Assembly (NCBI GenBank): GCA_965612795.1
Contig: CBFDTI010000039.1
Location: forward strand, 1-11,546
DNA length: 11,546 bases
DNA from: an uncultured bacterium
GTDB taxonomy: Bacteria > Hydrothermota > UBA3073 > NMUJ01
Reading direction: 5' to 3'
The notes under the pieces were generated by a model. That model made no database searches, was not told the origin of the DNA, and saw only the letters and a list, made by a program, of their open reading frames with translations. The stretch's first letter is position 1. Each line of letters begins with the position of its first letter. The translations under genes were made by a program, and so were the position numbers. Below are positions 1 to 6,718 of the stretch, one piece after another.

Positions 1-314
1 AACCAACCTTCTCTTCTCATCACTTCCATCGAGATCCTGTTACTCGGACCATCTCCTCTGGCTACGAAAACGCCGACATTCTCACCAACCGCTTCCGATA
101 TCTTCGCAACATCTCCATGCGTAAACCCTGGACAGAGAAGGATAGACTGAACCCCCTCCTCTTTGACAACCTTTTTGCATACCTCAATTGCCTGCTCCTG
201 ATCTTTGACCACCACCACAAAGAGCTTATAGTACTTAGGTGTCTCAATAACACATCTATGCCTCTCCGCCTCTGCATCAGGAGCATGGGCAAGAAACAGT
301 ACTTTAAATGCCAT
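1..314 (-). CDS. DUF6506-like small protein, 3' end beyond the window edge
   Basis: Translated by hand from ATG at 314: MAFKVLFLAHAPDAEAERHRCVIETPKYYKLFVVVVKDQEQAIEVCKKVVKEEGVQSILLCPGFTHGDVAKISEAVGENVGVFVARGDGPSNRISMEVMRREGW..., open to position 1. Strong SD AGGAGGT (325-319) and a consensus promoter upstream. The LCPGF motif and overall pattern match my recollection of DUF6506. Absent from the ORF track because its stop lies outside the window. Confidence 0.85.
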   Translation of the reverse strand, partial: MAFKVLFLAHAPDAEAERHRCVIETPKYYKLFVVVVKDQEQAIEVCKKVVKEEGVQSILLCPGFTHGDVAKISEAVGENVGVFVARGDGPSNRISMEVMRREGW

Positions 315-325
315 AACCACCTCCT

Positions 326-349
326 TGATATCTGAACTATCGGATATCA
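326..349. promoter_or_regulatory. Inverted repeat TGATATC-N10-GATATCA, candidate operator
   Basis: Perfect 7-bp arms (326-332 and 343-349) between the -10 box and the SD, overlapping the predicted transcription start. Confidence 0.5.
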
Positions 350-353
350 TGTA

Positions 354-382
354 ATTATACAACAAACAGAGATAAGCGTCAA
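354..382 (-). promoter_or_regulatory. sigma70-type promoter for the DUF6506-like gene
   Basis: Minus strand reads TTGACG (382-377), 17 nt, TATAAT (359-354). Predicted start near 347, upstream of the SD at 325-319. Confidence 0.8.
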
Positions 383-387
383 GCCAC

Positions 388-414
388 TGTAATCTTTTAT
401 GTGTAATCCTTTAT
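388..414. repeat. 13-bp tandem direct repeat TGTAATCYTTTAT x2
   Basis: TGTAATCTTTTAT (388-400) and TGTAATCCTTTAT (402-414), one mismatch, 14-bp period, immediately upstream of the -35 box. Confidence 0.6.
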
Positions 415-423
415 ACGGGTTCC

Positions 424-786
424 TTAGCGCTCAAAAATCATGTATAAACCCACCAATAATAATGCGATCCCAAATATCCTACGTAGTATCACATTCGACA
501 GCCCCACAGCTATCTTTGCACCAAGCAATCCTCCCACAAAAAAGCCAAGGCATACAAACCCTGCTATGGTTAGATTCACATAACCATGCTTGTAGTAGGT
601 CCATGCAGCCAACAACCCAATCGGAGGAACCAACAAAGCCAACGTCGTCCCCTGTGCCTGATGTTGTGTGAGACCGAACAGATAAACCAATGCTGGTACG
701 ATAATGATTCCACCACCAATGCCAATTAATCCACTGATGATACCCGCAGATAAACCAAGCAGTAAGTATAAAATGATGTTAATCAT
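424..786 (-). CDS. Sulfite exporter TauE/SafE (TSUP) family membrane protein, single-repeat 120-aa form
   Basis: GLSAGIISGLIGIGGGIIIVPAL, QHQAQGTTL, GGLLGAKIA and LRRIFG motifs typical of TauE; about 4 hydrophobic segments; SD GGAGGGGG at 800-793. Confidence 0.88.
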   Translation of the reverse strand: MINIILYLLLGLSAGIISGLIGIGGGIIIVPALVYLFGLTQHQAQGTTLALLVPPIGLLAAWTYYKHGYVNLTIAGFVCLGFFVGGLLGAKIAVGLSNVILRRIFGIALLLVGLYMIFER

Positions 787-867
787 TATTTACCCCCTCC
801 ATGAACCTCGATACATCATCCTGTAAGTAAGTTCCCATATTACTTTAACTCCAAAAGCTGCCTCTTT

Positions 868-899
868 TGACATTGCTAAATATAATTTAGCTCATGTCA
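868..899. repeat. Nested inverted repeat in the divergent intergenic region
   Basis: TGACAT-T-GCTAAAT-ATA-ATTTAGC-TC-ATGTCA: inner 7-bp arms (875-881/885-891) and outer 6-bp arms (868-873/894-899). Confidence 0.55.
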
Positions 900-911
900 G
901 AAATAAACAAC

Positions 912-931
912 ACTCCACAGGTATGTGGAGT
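912..931. repeat. Perfect 8-bp hairpin/palindrome ACTCCACA-GGTA-TGTGGAGT
   Basis: Arms 912-919 and 924-931 are exact reverse complements with a 4-nt loop. Function unknown. Confidence 0.55.
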
Positions 932-1018
932 ACCATCAACTCAGGTTCTGTAGCAACATAAGCGAACCAGATGCACCTATCAGCAAATCCGAAAGCTTGG
1001 CGGGTATCGAGCTTTCAA

Positions 1019-1045
1019 TTGACAGCGTTAAATCTTTTGTAAAAT
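1019..1045 (+). promoter_or_regulatory. Candidate sigma70 promoter for the UDG-like gene
   Basis: TTGACA (1019-1024), 15 nt, TAAAAT (1040-1045). The spacer is shorter than the optimal 17. Confidence 0.5.
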
Positions 1046-1050
1046 AAACT

Positions 1051-1725
1051 TTGGAGATAGCGGATAATAAGATCATGATACTCGAAACCATCTGGCACCT
1101 CTTAGAAGATAAGGTGTTCACTGTACCATCCACGGAGGTACTTTTTAACCAGTACAAAGATGTTGCCCCAGCTGTGGATTTACCCGATGCCGCCAGTATT
1201 AGAAGGGCAAACCTCAAGAACTACTTAAGAAGTTTCACAAGCATACCCCACATTCTTGTTGTAGGTGAAGCCCCAGGTGCATGGGGGTGCCGGTTCTCGG
1301 GTGTACCGTTTACGAGTGAGGTACAGCTCTGCGACGGTGTGTTACCATTTGTGGGACATCAATCAAGCAGAAATAGCTCCCCATACTCAGAGGTTACTGC
1401 CAAAATATTCTGGCATGTTATGCTACCTTATCATCCCAGGTTCCTGGCATGGAACTGCGTACCTTTTCATCCACATAAGGAAGGCGCCCCCTTATCTATC
1501 CGTAATCCTACAAGAAACGAGATCCGTATTTACTCCAGTATTCTCCTGGAGCTGATACGGTTGCTCAACCCCAGATACATTGTTGCAGTCGGCCAAAAGT
1601 CGAAGTTTGCACTGGATCATCTGGGGGTTACATCCCTATACGTACGACATCCGTCCCGTGGTGGCGCAAAGGCCTTTAAAGCAGGCATCGAACAGATAGT
1701 CCAAAACATGTGCGTCATCTCATAG
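1051..1725 (+). CDS. Uracil-DNA glycosylase superfamily protein (UDG-like); start TTG 1051 or ATG 1075
   Basis: Motif A VGEAPGAWGCRFSGVPFTSE, WNCVPFHP, SIRNPT, IVAVG, and motif B VRHPSRGG. Confidence 0.88.
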   Translation: MEIADNKIMILETIWHLLEDKVFTVPSTEVLFNQYKDVAPAVDLPDAASIRRANLKNYLRSFTSIPHILVVGEAPGAWGCRFSGVPFTSEVQLCDGVLPFVGHQSSRNSSPYSEVTAKIFWHVMLPYHPRFLAWNCVPFHPHKEGAPLSIRNPTRNEIRIYSSILLELIRLLNPRYIVAVGQKSKFALDHLGVTSLYVRHPSRGGAKAFKAGIEQIVQNMCVIS

Positions 1726-1726
1726 C

Positions 1727-1755
1727 TTGACGTATTATTTGATTTCGCTTAGTAT
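1727..1755 (+). promoter_or_regulatory. sigma70-type promoter for the HIT (and MNT) genes
   Basis: TTGACG (1727-1732), 17 nt, TAGTAT (1750-1755), filling the 35-bp intergenic gap. Confidence 0.65.
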
Positions 1756-1760
1756 ATAGT

Positions 1761-2198
1761 GTGACGATGGATTGTATCTTCTGTCGTATCGTGAAGGGTA
1801 TAGCACCTGCTGAGATGATCTACGAAGACGAAATAGCCATAGCTTTTATGGATGCAAATCCTGCCACACCTGGACATATACTCATCGTACCCAAACAACA
1901 CTATCGTAACATCTTCGACTTAAACGATGAAGTAGCAGCCCATCTGATGAAAGTAGCTGTTAGGTTAGCATCCGTACTCCGTAAAGCCATGGGTTGTGAT
2001 GGACTCAATATCTTCAACGCCAACGAGCGTGCAGCCTTCCAAGACGTGTTTCACTTCCATCTACATCTGATACCACGGTGGTTTGGCGATAATATTGTAC
2101 CTGCTTGGCACCCACAGCCTGGCGATCCAGCTCAAATCAAAAAGATCGCCGATAAGATACGCCATACTTTGGCAAAAGTGAGGGATGAATGGAAATAA
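1761..2198 (+). CDS. HIT family (Hint-like) nucleotide hydrolase; start GTG 1761 or ATG 1767
   Basis: N-terminal DCIFCRIV, AFMDANPATPGHILIVPK, and histidine triad VFHFHLHLIPR. Confidence 0.95.
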   Translation: MTMDCIFCRIVKGIAPAEMIYEDEIAIAFMDANPATPGHILIVPKQHYRNIFDLNDEVAAHLMKVAVRLASVLRKAMGCDGLNIFNANERAAFQDVFHFHLHLIPRWFGDNIVPAWHPQPGDPAQIKKIADKIRHTLAKVRDEWK

Positions 2199-2503
2199 AG
2201 AAAATACTGGAGGAGTTCAAAAGAGAAATTAAACGATTATACGGTAAGAAACTGAAGAAAGTCATTCTCTATGGTTCATATGCAAGGGGAGATGCCACGA
2301 AGGATTCCGATATAGATCTGCTCATCGTTCTTAAAGGAAATATCGTCCCTGGAGAGGAAATTGATAGGATAATAGATATAATCACAGAGATAAATTTAAA
2401 GTATGGTGTATTGTTGTCAGTTTATCCTATCTCAGAAAATGACTACTTTACACTTAATAGTCCATTGCTCATAAATGTACGCAAGGAAGGTGTGCTATTA
2501 TGA
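2189..2503 (+). CDS. Minimal nucleotidyltransferase (MNT, MntA-like antitoxin, Pol-beta fold)
   Basis: 104 aa with LYGSYARGDATKDSDIDLLIV (GSX10DXD) and a C-terminal ...NVRKEGVLL typical of MNTs. SD-like GAGGGA at 2180-2185. Overlaps the HIT gene end by 10 nt. Confidence 0.92.
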   Translation: MEIKKILEEFKREIKRLYGKKLKKVILYGSYARGDATKDSDIDLLIVLKGNIVPGEEIDRIIDIITEINLKYGVLLSVYPISENDYFTLNSPLLINVRKEGVLL

Positions 2504-2541
2504 AAGAGATATAATCCCTAACCGAAAGGGCGATGAAACAT
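2500..2541 (+). pseudogene. Probable 5' remnant of a HEPN toxin gene
   Basis: ATGA overlap with the MNT stop and SD-like AGGAAGGT (2484-2491). Reads M-K-E-I-stop(TAA 2512-2514)-S-L-T-E-R-A-M-K-H, resembling the first helix of MNT-partner HEPN proteins as I recall it. radC starts about 70 bp later, leaving no room for a full gene. Confidence 0.55.
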
Positions 2542-2578
2542 AAGCCGCCATTTATAATGTTGACAAAATGTTCACTCG

Positions 2579-2606
2579 TTGACAAGCTAAGGATTTAGGT
2601 CATTAT
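2579..2606 (+). promoter_or_regulatory. Candidate sigma70 promoter for radC
   Basis: TTGACA (2579-2584), 16 nt, CATTAT (2601-2606). A second GTTGACAA copy lies at 2559-2566. Confidence 0.45.
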
Positions 2607-2609
2607 AAG

Positions 2610-3314
2610 ATGATGGACGAATTGTATAAAGTGCCAAAGATTAAAGATTTACCGCCAGAGGAGAAGCCACGTGAGAAGCTCATAAAGTATGGCCCACAAG
2701 CGCTTAAGAATTACGAATTGATGGCGGTAATATTAGGTAGAGGTACAAGGAAAGAGGGTGTACTCGAGATCGCACAACGGATAATATCGCAGTACAGTAA
2801 CCATGCAGTCTTCGCCGAAGGTGATGTGAAGAAGGTCGAGAAAGTGCTCGGCCTATCACCCGTACAGGCGTGTCAGGTAGTAGCGGTATTTGAACTCGGT
2901 AAGCGGTTGTTCGGCAAGCCAACCGATGTGTTCCTCAGGTCACCACAAGAGGTATACGAATACGTACGCGATATGGAGCGCTACAAAAAGGAGCTACTAC
3001 GTGGGTTGTACCTGGATGTAAGGAACAAACTCATCCGTGACGAGATAATCTCCATCGGTACGCTTGAAGCGAGCCTCGCACATCCACGTGAGATATTCTA
3101 TCCAGCGGTTGAATCACATGCAGCCTCGATAATACTGGTGCATAACCATCCATCCGGTGACCCGACACCCAGCCAAGACGATGTTAAGCTCACCCAACGC
3201 ATATTGGAAGTGAGCAGAATGATGGAGATAGAGCTTCTCGATCACATCATTATTGGCAACAATAAATACTACAGTATGCACCAAAATACAGATATATGGG
3301 GGCATGGTAGCTGA
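2610..3314 (+). CDS. radC: RadC/UPF0758 family JAB-domain protein, full-length form
   Basis: N-terminal KPREKLIKYGPQALKNYELMAVILGRG, FELGKR, GTLEASLAHPREIF, JAMM motif HNHPSGDPTPSQDD, and LLDHIIIG. Confidence 0.95.
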   Translation: MMDELYKVPKIKDLPPEEKPREKLIKYGPQALKNYELMAVILGRGTRKEGVLEIAQRIISQYSNHAVFAEGDVKKVEKVLGLSPVQACQVVAVFELGKRLFGKPTDVFLRSPQEVYEYVRDMERYKKELLRGLYLDVRNKLIRDEIISIGTLEASLAHPREIFYPAVESHAASIILVHNHPSGDPTPSQDDVKLTQRILEVSRMMEIELLDHIIIGNNKYYSMHQNTDIWGHGS

Positions 3315-3339
3315 TATAAATCGACCGCAGCGTAGGCCT

Positions 3340-3375
3340 GGAATGTGGTAAGCCAATCGGCTTTCTAACCATTCC
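3340..3375 (+). terminator. Imperfect stem-loop after radC, possible terminator
   Basis: GGAAT..GGT-AAGCC-AATC-GGCTT..ACC-ATTCC forms an interrupted hairpin. Only a short T run follows the inner stem. Confidence 0.3.
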
Positions 3376-3402
3376 CTCACTTACTGCTATGATACCACCA
3401 CA

Positions 3403-3432
3403 TTGACAACTTCACATAACAGATAATATAAA
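3403..3432 (+). promoter_or_regulatory. Candidate sigma70 promoter for the polysaccharide operon
   Basis: TTGACA (3403-3408) followed by overlapping -10-like hexamers TAATAT (3424-3429, 15-nt spacer) and TATAAA (3427-3432, 18-nt spacer). Confidence 0.55.
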
Positions 3433-3495
3433 TGTGATGTACGAACAACCTCCAACAGCAATCCCATACAATCAACCCGTAAAGGATATCCCATT

Positions 3496-5280
3496 ATGAT
3501 AGCGCTTGCTATAGTGTTGGCTATAGTGCCACGTGCCCTGTTTTTAACAACATCATCCGACGGCAATGGTACATTGCCGTTGGGTGCACATCTGGTGTTG
3601 GAGGCGTTTGGTGGCCTTGGTCGCCCTGTAAAGTTTAGTGGCGCTTCAATCCTCTATTTCCCCGATTCACTGCGAAACTATTCGGTTATCGTTGTGCCGA
3701 CGATTTTCGGTTACCACGATGGCGATCGCCTATATTCATTAACCTACCTGGATACGTTCGCAATGCGTAACCTCACACAATGGGTCAAACAAGGTGGGTT
3801 ACTCATCGCAAGTGAAAACATCGGCCGTAACACACCCGACGGTACTGATAGAATTATAGACGATGGCAAGCTTACGCGAAACGAATGGCCGTTAGGTTAT
3901 GCCTTTGGGTTCGATATGGTTGAACGCAGCATACAAGGGATGCGATTAGTGAAGTGTTACAACCATCATCTAGCGTTCTTCAACGCTTATCCAAAAGAAT
4001 TACGCGAAACGATCACCACCCCAGAATGGATCCTCGTACCTGATACCAATAGCATGTTGGAATCGGTTGAGGTTTTGGCAGAGTGGCGTGCTGAAGCTCT
4101 GTGTTACCCCGGGATCACATTCAATCGCTACGGTAAGGGTTACGCGATGTATATCAGTTCGTTTTTACTGCTACATCCGTCGTTCGACGGCGGTTACGGT
4201 GATATACCAGCAATCATATCATTTTATAAAGAAATCTATAGGTTCCTCACAGGCGTACCGGATGGGGTTGAACTCGCCATCAACCCATGGCCTGACGGTG
4301 CACGTGCTGCACTTGTTGTTACACTCAACGAAACTGGTGCCACCGACGAATATCAACGCACTATCAGCAAATTGCTGGAACTTGTACCAACGGTCACAGT
4401 TTTCGTAAAAGGTTCGCTTGCTAAAAAGCAGCTCACCCTTATCAGTAGATCCAACCAGATAGAGCTTGGCAACCATGGCTATTCGTATCCATCTTTTCGA
4501 GACCTTCCCTATGGGGATACGAAACGCGAGATCCTCGTCACACATAACCTTTTGGATGCGCCCAACGGATTTCGGTTCCCGCATGCCGAACCCACCCCGT
4601 ACGGGCTTATGGTCCTGGATGAGCTAAGCTACCTCTACGAATCCTCAATCATAGTAAACCATTTAGAAACCTTCATGGGTGCACTGTTCCCGTACAACTT
4701 AGTAGTCTACACACCTGAACGATATGTGAGGACACTTAATTTGCTCGAGATTTCACCGATAACACCTGATTACTCCTTCTACTATAAGCTTGACAAATCC
4801 ACCACCTACAGGGAGCACGAGCTAAAACAGGATGCAGACGCATTTTATTCCTATCTCAACATGATGTGGCGTATCATCCGTGACGCCCGTGGCGTGATGG
4901 TACAGATGGGCTGCCCTCTCTATGAGGGACATTCCGACGTAACACTTGAACCATTGTTGAGGTTTCTACATGAACGCAAACAGGAGCCCGCTATATGGTT
5001 TGCTAACCTTTCACAGGTTGGTACCTGGTGGCGAGCGCTCTCAAAGGTTGACGCAGAAATCAAAACCCGTGGCAACATCGTAACAATTAAGCTACACAAT
5101 CGTAACAACCATACGCTTGACAGGTTCACGTTACGTTTCTACGGGCCCTATCTCAAGACAGCGGTTAAATCTAAGGGGACAAAGCCTGTAACCTTCTGGC
5201 GTGACGAGTCTGATGGAAGGTACCTCTACGTAGTTTTTAACCTTAAAAAAGAGGCTGAAATAACTTTTGTACTTAAATAA
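3496..5280 (+). CDS. Exported or anchored protein with a class I GATase-like domain and a degenerate NodB/CE4 polysaccharide deacetylase-like domain
   Basis: Short hydrophobic N-terminus. YSVIVVP...LTQWVKQGGLLIA...NRYGKGYAMYI fits a GATase-like (beta-galactosidase trimerisation-type) domain. PWPDGARAALVVTLNE, TVFV, ELGNHGYSY, GFRFP, YESS and IWFANLSQVGTWW follow the CE4 layout. Confidence 0.75.
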   Translation: MIALAIVLAIVPRALFLTTSSDGNGTLPLGAHLVLEAFGGLGRPVKFSGASILYFPDSLRNYSVIVVPTIFGYHDGDRLYSLTYLDTFAMRNLTQWVKQGGLLIASENIGRNTPDGTDRIIDDGKLTRNEWPLGYAFGFDMVERSIQGMRLVKCYNHHLAFFNAYPKELRETITTPEWILVPDTNSMLESVEVLAEWRAEALCYPGITFNRYGKGYAMYISSFLLLHPSFDGGYGDIPAIISFYKEIYRFLTGVPDGVELAINPWPDGARAALVVTLNETGATDEYQRTISKLLELVPTVTVFVKGSLAKKQLTLISRSNQIELGNHGYSYPSFRDLPYGDTKREILVTHNLLDAPNGFRFPHAEPTPYGLMVLDELSYLYESSIIVNHLETFMGALFPYNLVVYTPERYVRTLNLLEISPITPDYSFYYKLDKSTTYREHELKQDADAFYSYLNMMWRIIRDARGVMVQMGCPLYEGHSDVTLEPLLRFLHERKQEPAIWFANLSQVGTWWRALSKVDAEIKTRGNIVTIKLHNRNNHTLDRFTLRFYGPYLKTAVKSKGTKPVTFWRDESDGRYLYVVFNLKKEAEITFVLK

Positions 5281-5287
5281 CGAAGGT

Positions 5288-6718
5288 ATGCTGACTTTAA
5301 TTCTCATACTGGCGAACCTCTTCGCTATATACTTTTTCGGTTACTTTGTGCTCAACATCCTATTTTTTGTGTATTTCCTCGTGGGGTTCACCAGGGAGAA
5401 GCTACGTGAAACCCCCTCCAAGATGCCCAAAATCTCGATAATCGTACCTGCTTACAACGAGGAGAAAACGATCTGCGATTCACTTGACTCTTTGGTGCAA
5501 CTCGATTATCCCGATTTTGAAATAATCGTCGTGAATGATGGTTCCACAGACGATACGCTTGCTATCCTCAACACAAAGCTCGATCTGGTCAGGACCGAAA
5601 TCACCACCTCCACATCGGAGATTACCACCGCATCCATCCGTAACCTATACCGGTCACGTAAGTTACCAAACATCATAGTGGTTGACAAAGAGAACGGCGG
5701 CAAAGCTGATGCCTTAAATGCAGGTATAAATTTTGCCTCCGGTGAATACATAGTTACAATAGACGCCGATACCTTACTTGACCGGCGTAGCTTAAGACGG
5801 ATTGCAACCGTTTTTGACAACAAAGACGTGCTCGCTACGGGTGGGTTGATCACTGTCGCCAACGATACAGAAGTCAAAAACGGCATCCCCGTTGATGTTC
5901 CGATGCCACGTAACCCGCTTGTCATGTTTCAGCTTGTGGAGTACCTCGTCTCGTACTCAGTCGGTAGATGGGCGTTGTCACATTTCAATGTGCTGCTCAT
6001 ACTTTCGGGGGCATTCTCGGCTTTCCGTAAGGATGCATTACTCGCTGTGAAAGGTTTCCTTTCAAGGTATCATCATGGACGTTTCACAGTATGTGAAGAT
6101 ATAGAAATTATACTTCGGTTACATCGATATTTCCGTGAAAGAGGTCATCCCGCCAAGATACAATTTTATCCATTCCCTATTGCATGGACTGAGGTACCCC
6201 AAACGATTACGAGCCTCGCCAGGCAACGCAACCGCTGGCATCGTGGGTTAGGTGAATCCCTGCTACTACATAAAACTGTGCTGTTCGATCCGCGCTATGG
6301 GAGGTTGGGCTTATTCGCCACACCTTACTATCTGATGTTCGAGTTTTTATCACCGTTTGTGAAGCTTGCCGCTACAATTTTCCTCGTGTGGTTGATGTTA
6401 CTTGGTAAGCTTGATGTTAGGTTTGCAGTCTACCTATTGATGTTCGTTGCATTACTTGCAGGTACGATTACTGCTACGGTGACGACATTGGTGGAGGCAC
6501 GCACCAGAACCATCTCAAAAGTTAACCTTGAAGCCATGCGATACAAAGGGTGGCGTGATTGGTTAAAACTGGTAGGGTTTTCATTTCTCAGCCCGTTCAT
6601 CTACCACCCCCTGATAAATGTTTTCCAGCTCTGGGGTACTTACGATTTTATAAGACGAAAAAGAGGGTGGTACAAATTCAAACGTATAGGGTTTGGGAGG
6701 AACCACCATGCATCGTAG
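5288..6718 (+). CDS. Processive GT2 glycosyltransferase (PgaC/IcaA-like polysaccharide synthase)
   Basis: N-terminal TM, VPAYNEE, VNDGSTD, NGGKADALNAG, IDADT, CEDIE, QRNRW (6224-6238) and C-terminal TM helices. ATG 5288 is preferred to TTG 5267 because it follows the upstream stop by 7 nt. Confidence 0.92.
   Translation: MLTLILILANLFAIYFFGYFVLNILFFVYFLVGFTREKLRETPSKMPKISIIVPAYNEEKTICDSLDSLVQLDYPDFEIIVVNDGSTDDTLAILNTKLDLVRTEITTSTSEITTASIRNLYRSRKLPNIIVVDKENGGKADALNAGINFASGEYIVTIDADTLLDRRSLRRIATVFDNKDVLATGGLITVANDTEVKNGIPVDVPMPRNPLVMFQLVEYLVSYSVGRWALSHFNVLLILSGAFSAFRKDALLAVKGFLSRYHHGRFTVCEDIEIILRLHRYFRERGHPAKIQFYPFPIAWTEVPQTITSLARQRNRWHRGLGESLLLHKTVLFDPRYGRLGLFATPYYLMFEFLSPFVKLAATIFLVWLMLLGKLDVRFAVYLLMFVALLAGTITATVTTLVEARTRTISKVNLEAMRYKGWRDWLKLVGFSFLSPFIYHPLINVFQLWGTYDFIRRKRGWYKFKRIGFGRNHHAS

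Noticed and set aside
62..335. ORF-track entries 62..292 (-) and 117..335 (+)
   Set aside because: Shadows of the 1..314 (-) frame, which has the SD, the promoter and a recognisable protein.
867..886. TTGACA and TATAAT as a promoter
   Set aside because: Both hexamers are perfect but only 8 nt apart, too close for sigma70.
980..1017. GCAAATCCGAAAG as a possible c-di-GMP-I riboswitch
   Set aside because: Only superficial similarity. The GAAA is not a tetraloop on a proper stem and the downstream GCAAAGC and second stem are missing.
399..1555. ORFs 399..671 (+), 936..1217 (-) and 1265..1555 (+)
   Set aside because: They overlap the TauE or UDG genes antisense or out of frame and have no recognisable motifs.
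1051..3314. UDG-HIT-MNT-radC as a dedicated repair or anti-phage system
   Set aside because: Each unit seems to have its own promoter, MNT looks separately acquired, and radC is the full-length chromosomal type. Nothing in the window shows co-function.
5594..5632. EITT-x3-EITT repeat in the GT2
   Set aside because: Short, diverged at the DNA level and in a variable loop; likely chance or an old micro-duplication.
5267..6718. Naming the operon genes pgaABC or icaA
   Set aside because: Domain order and gene content differ from pga/ica, and orthology cannot be shown without a phylogeny.
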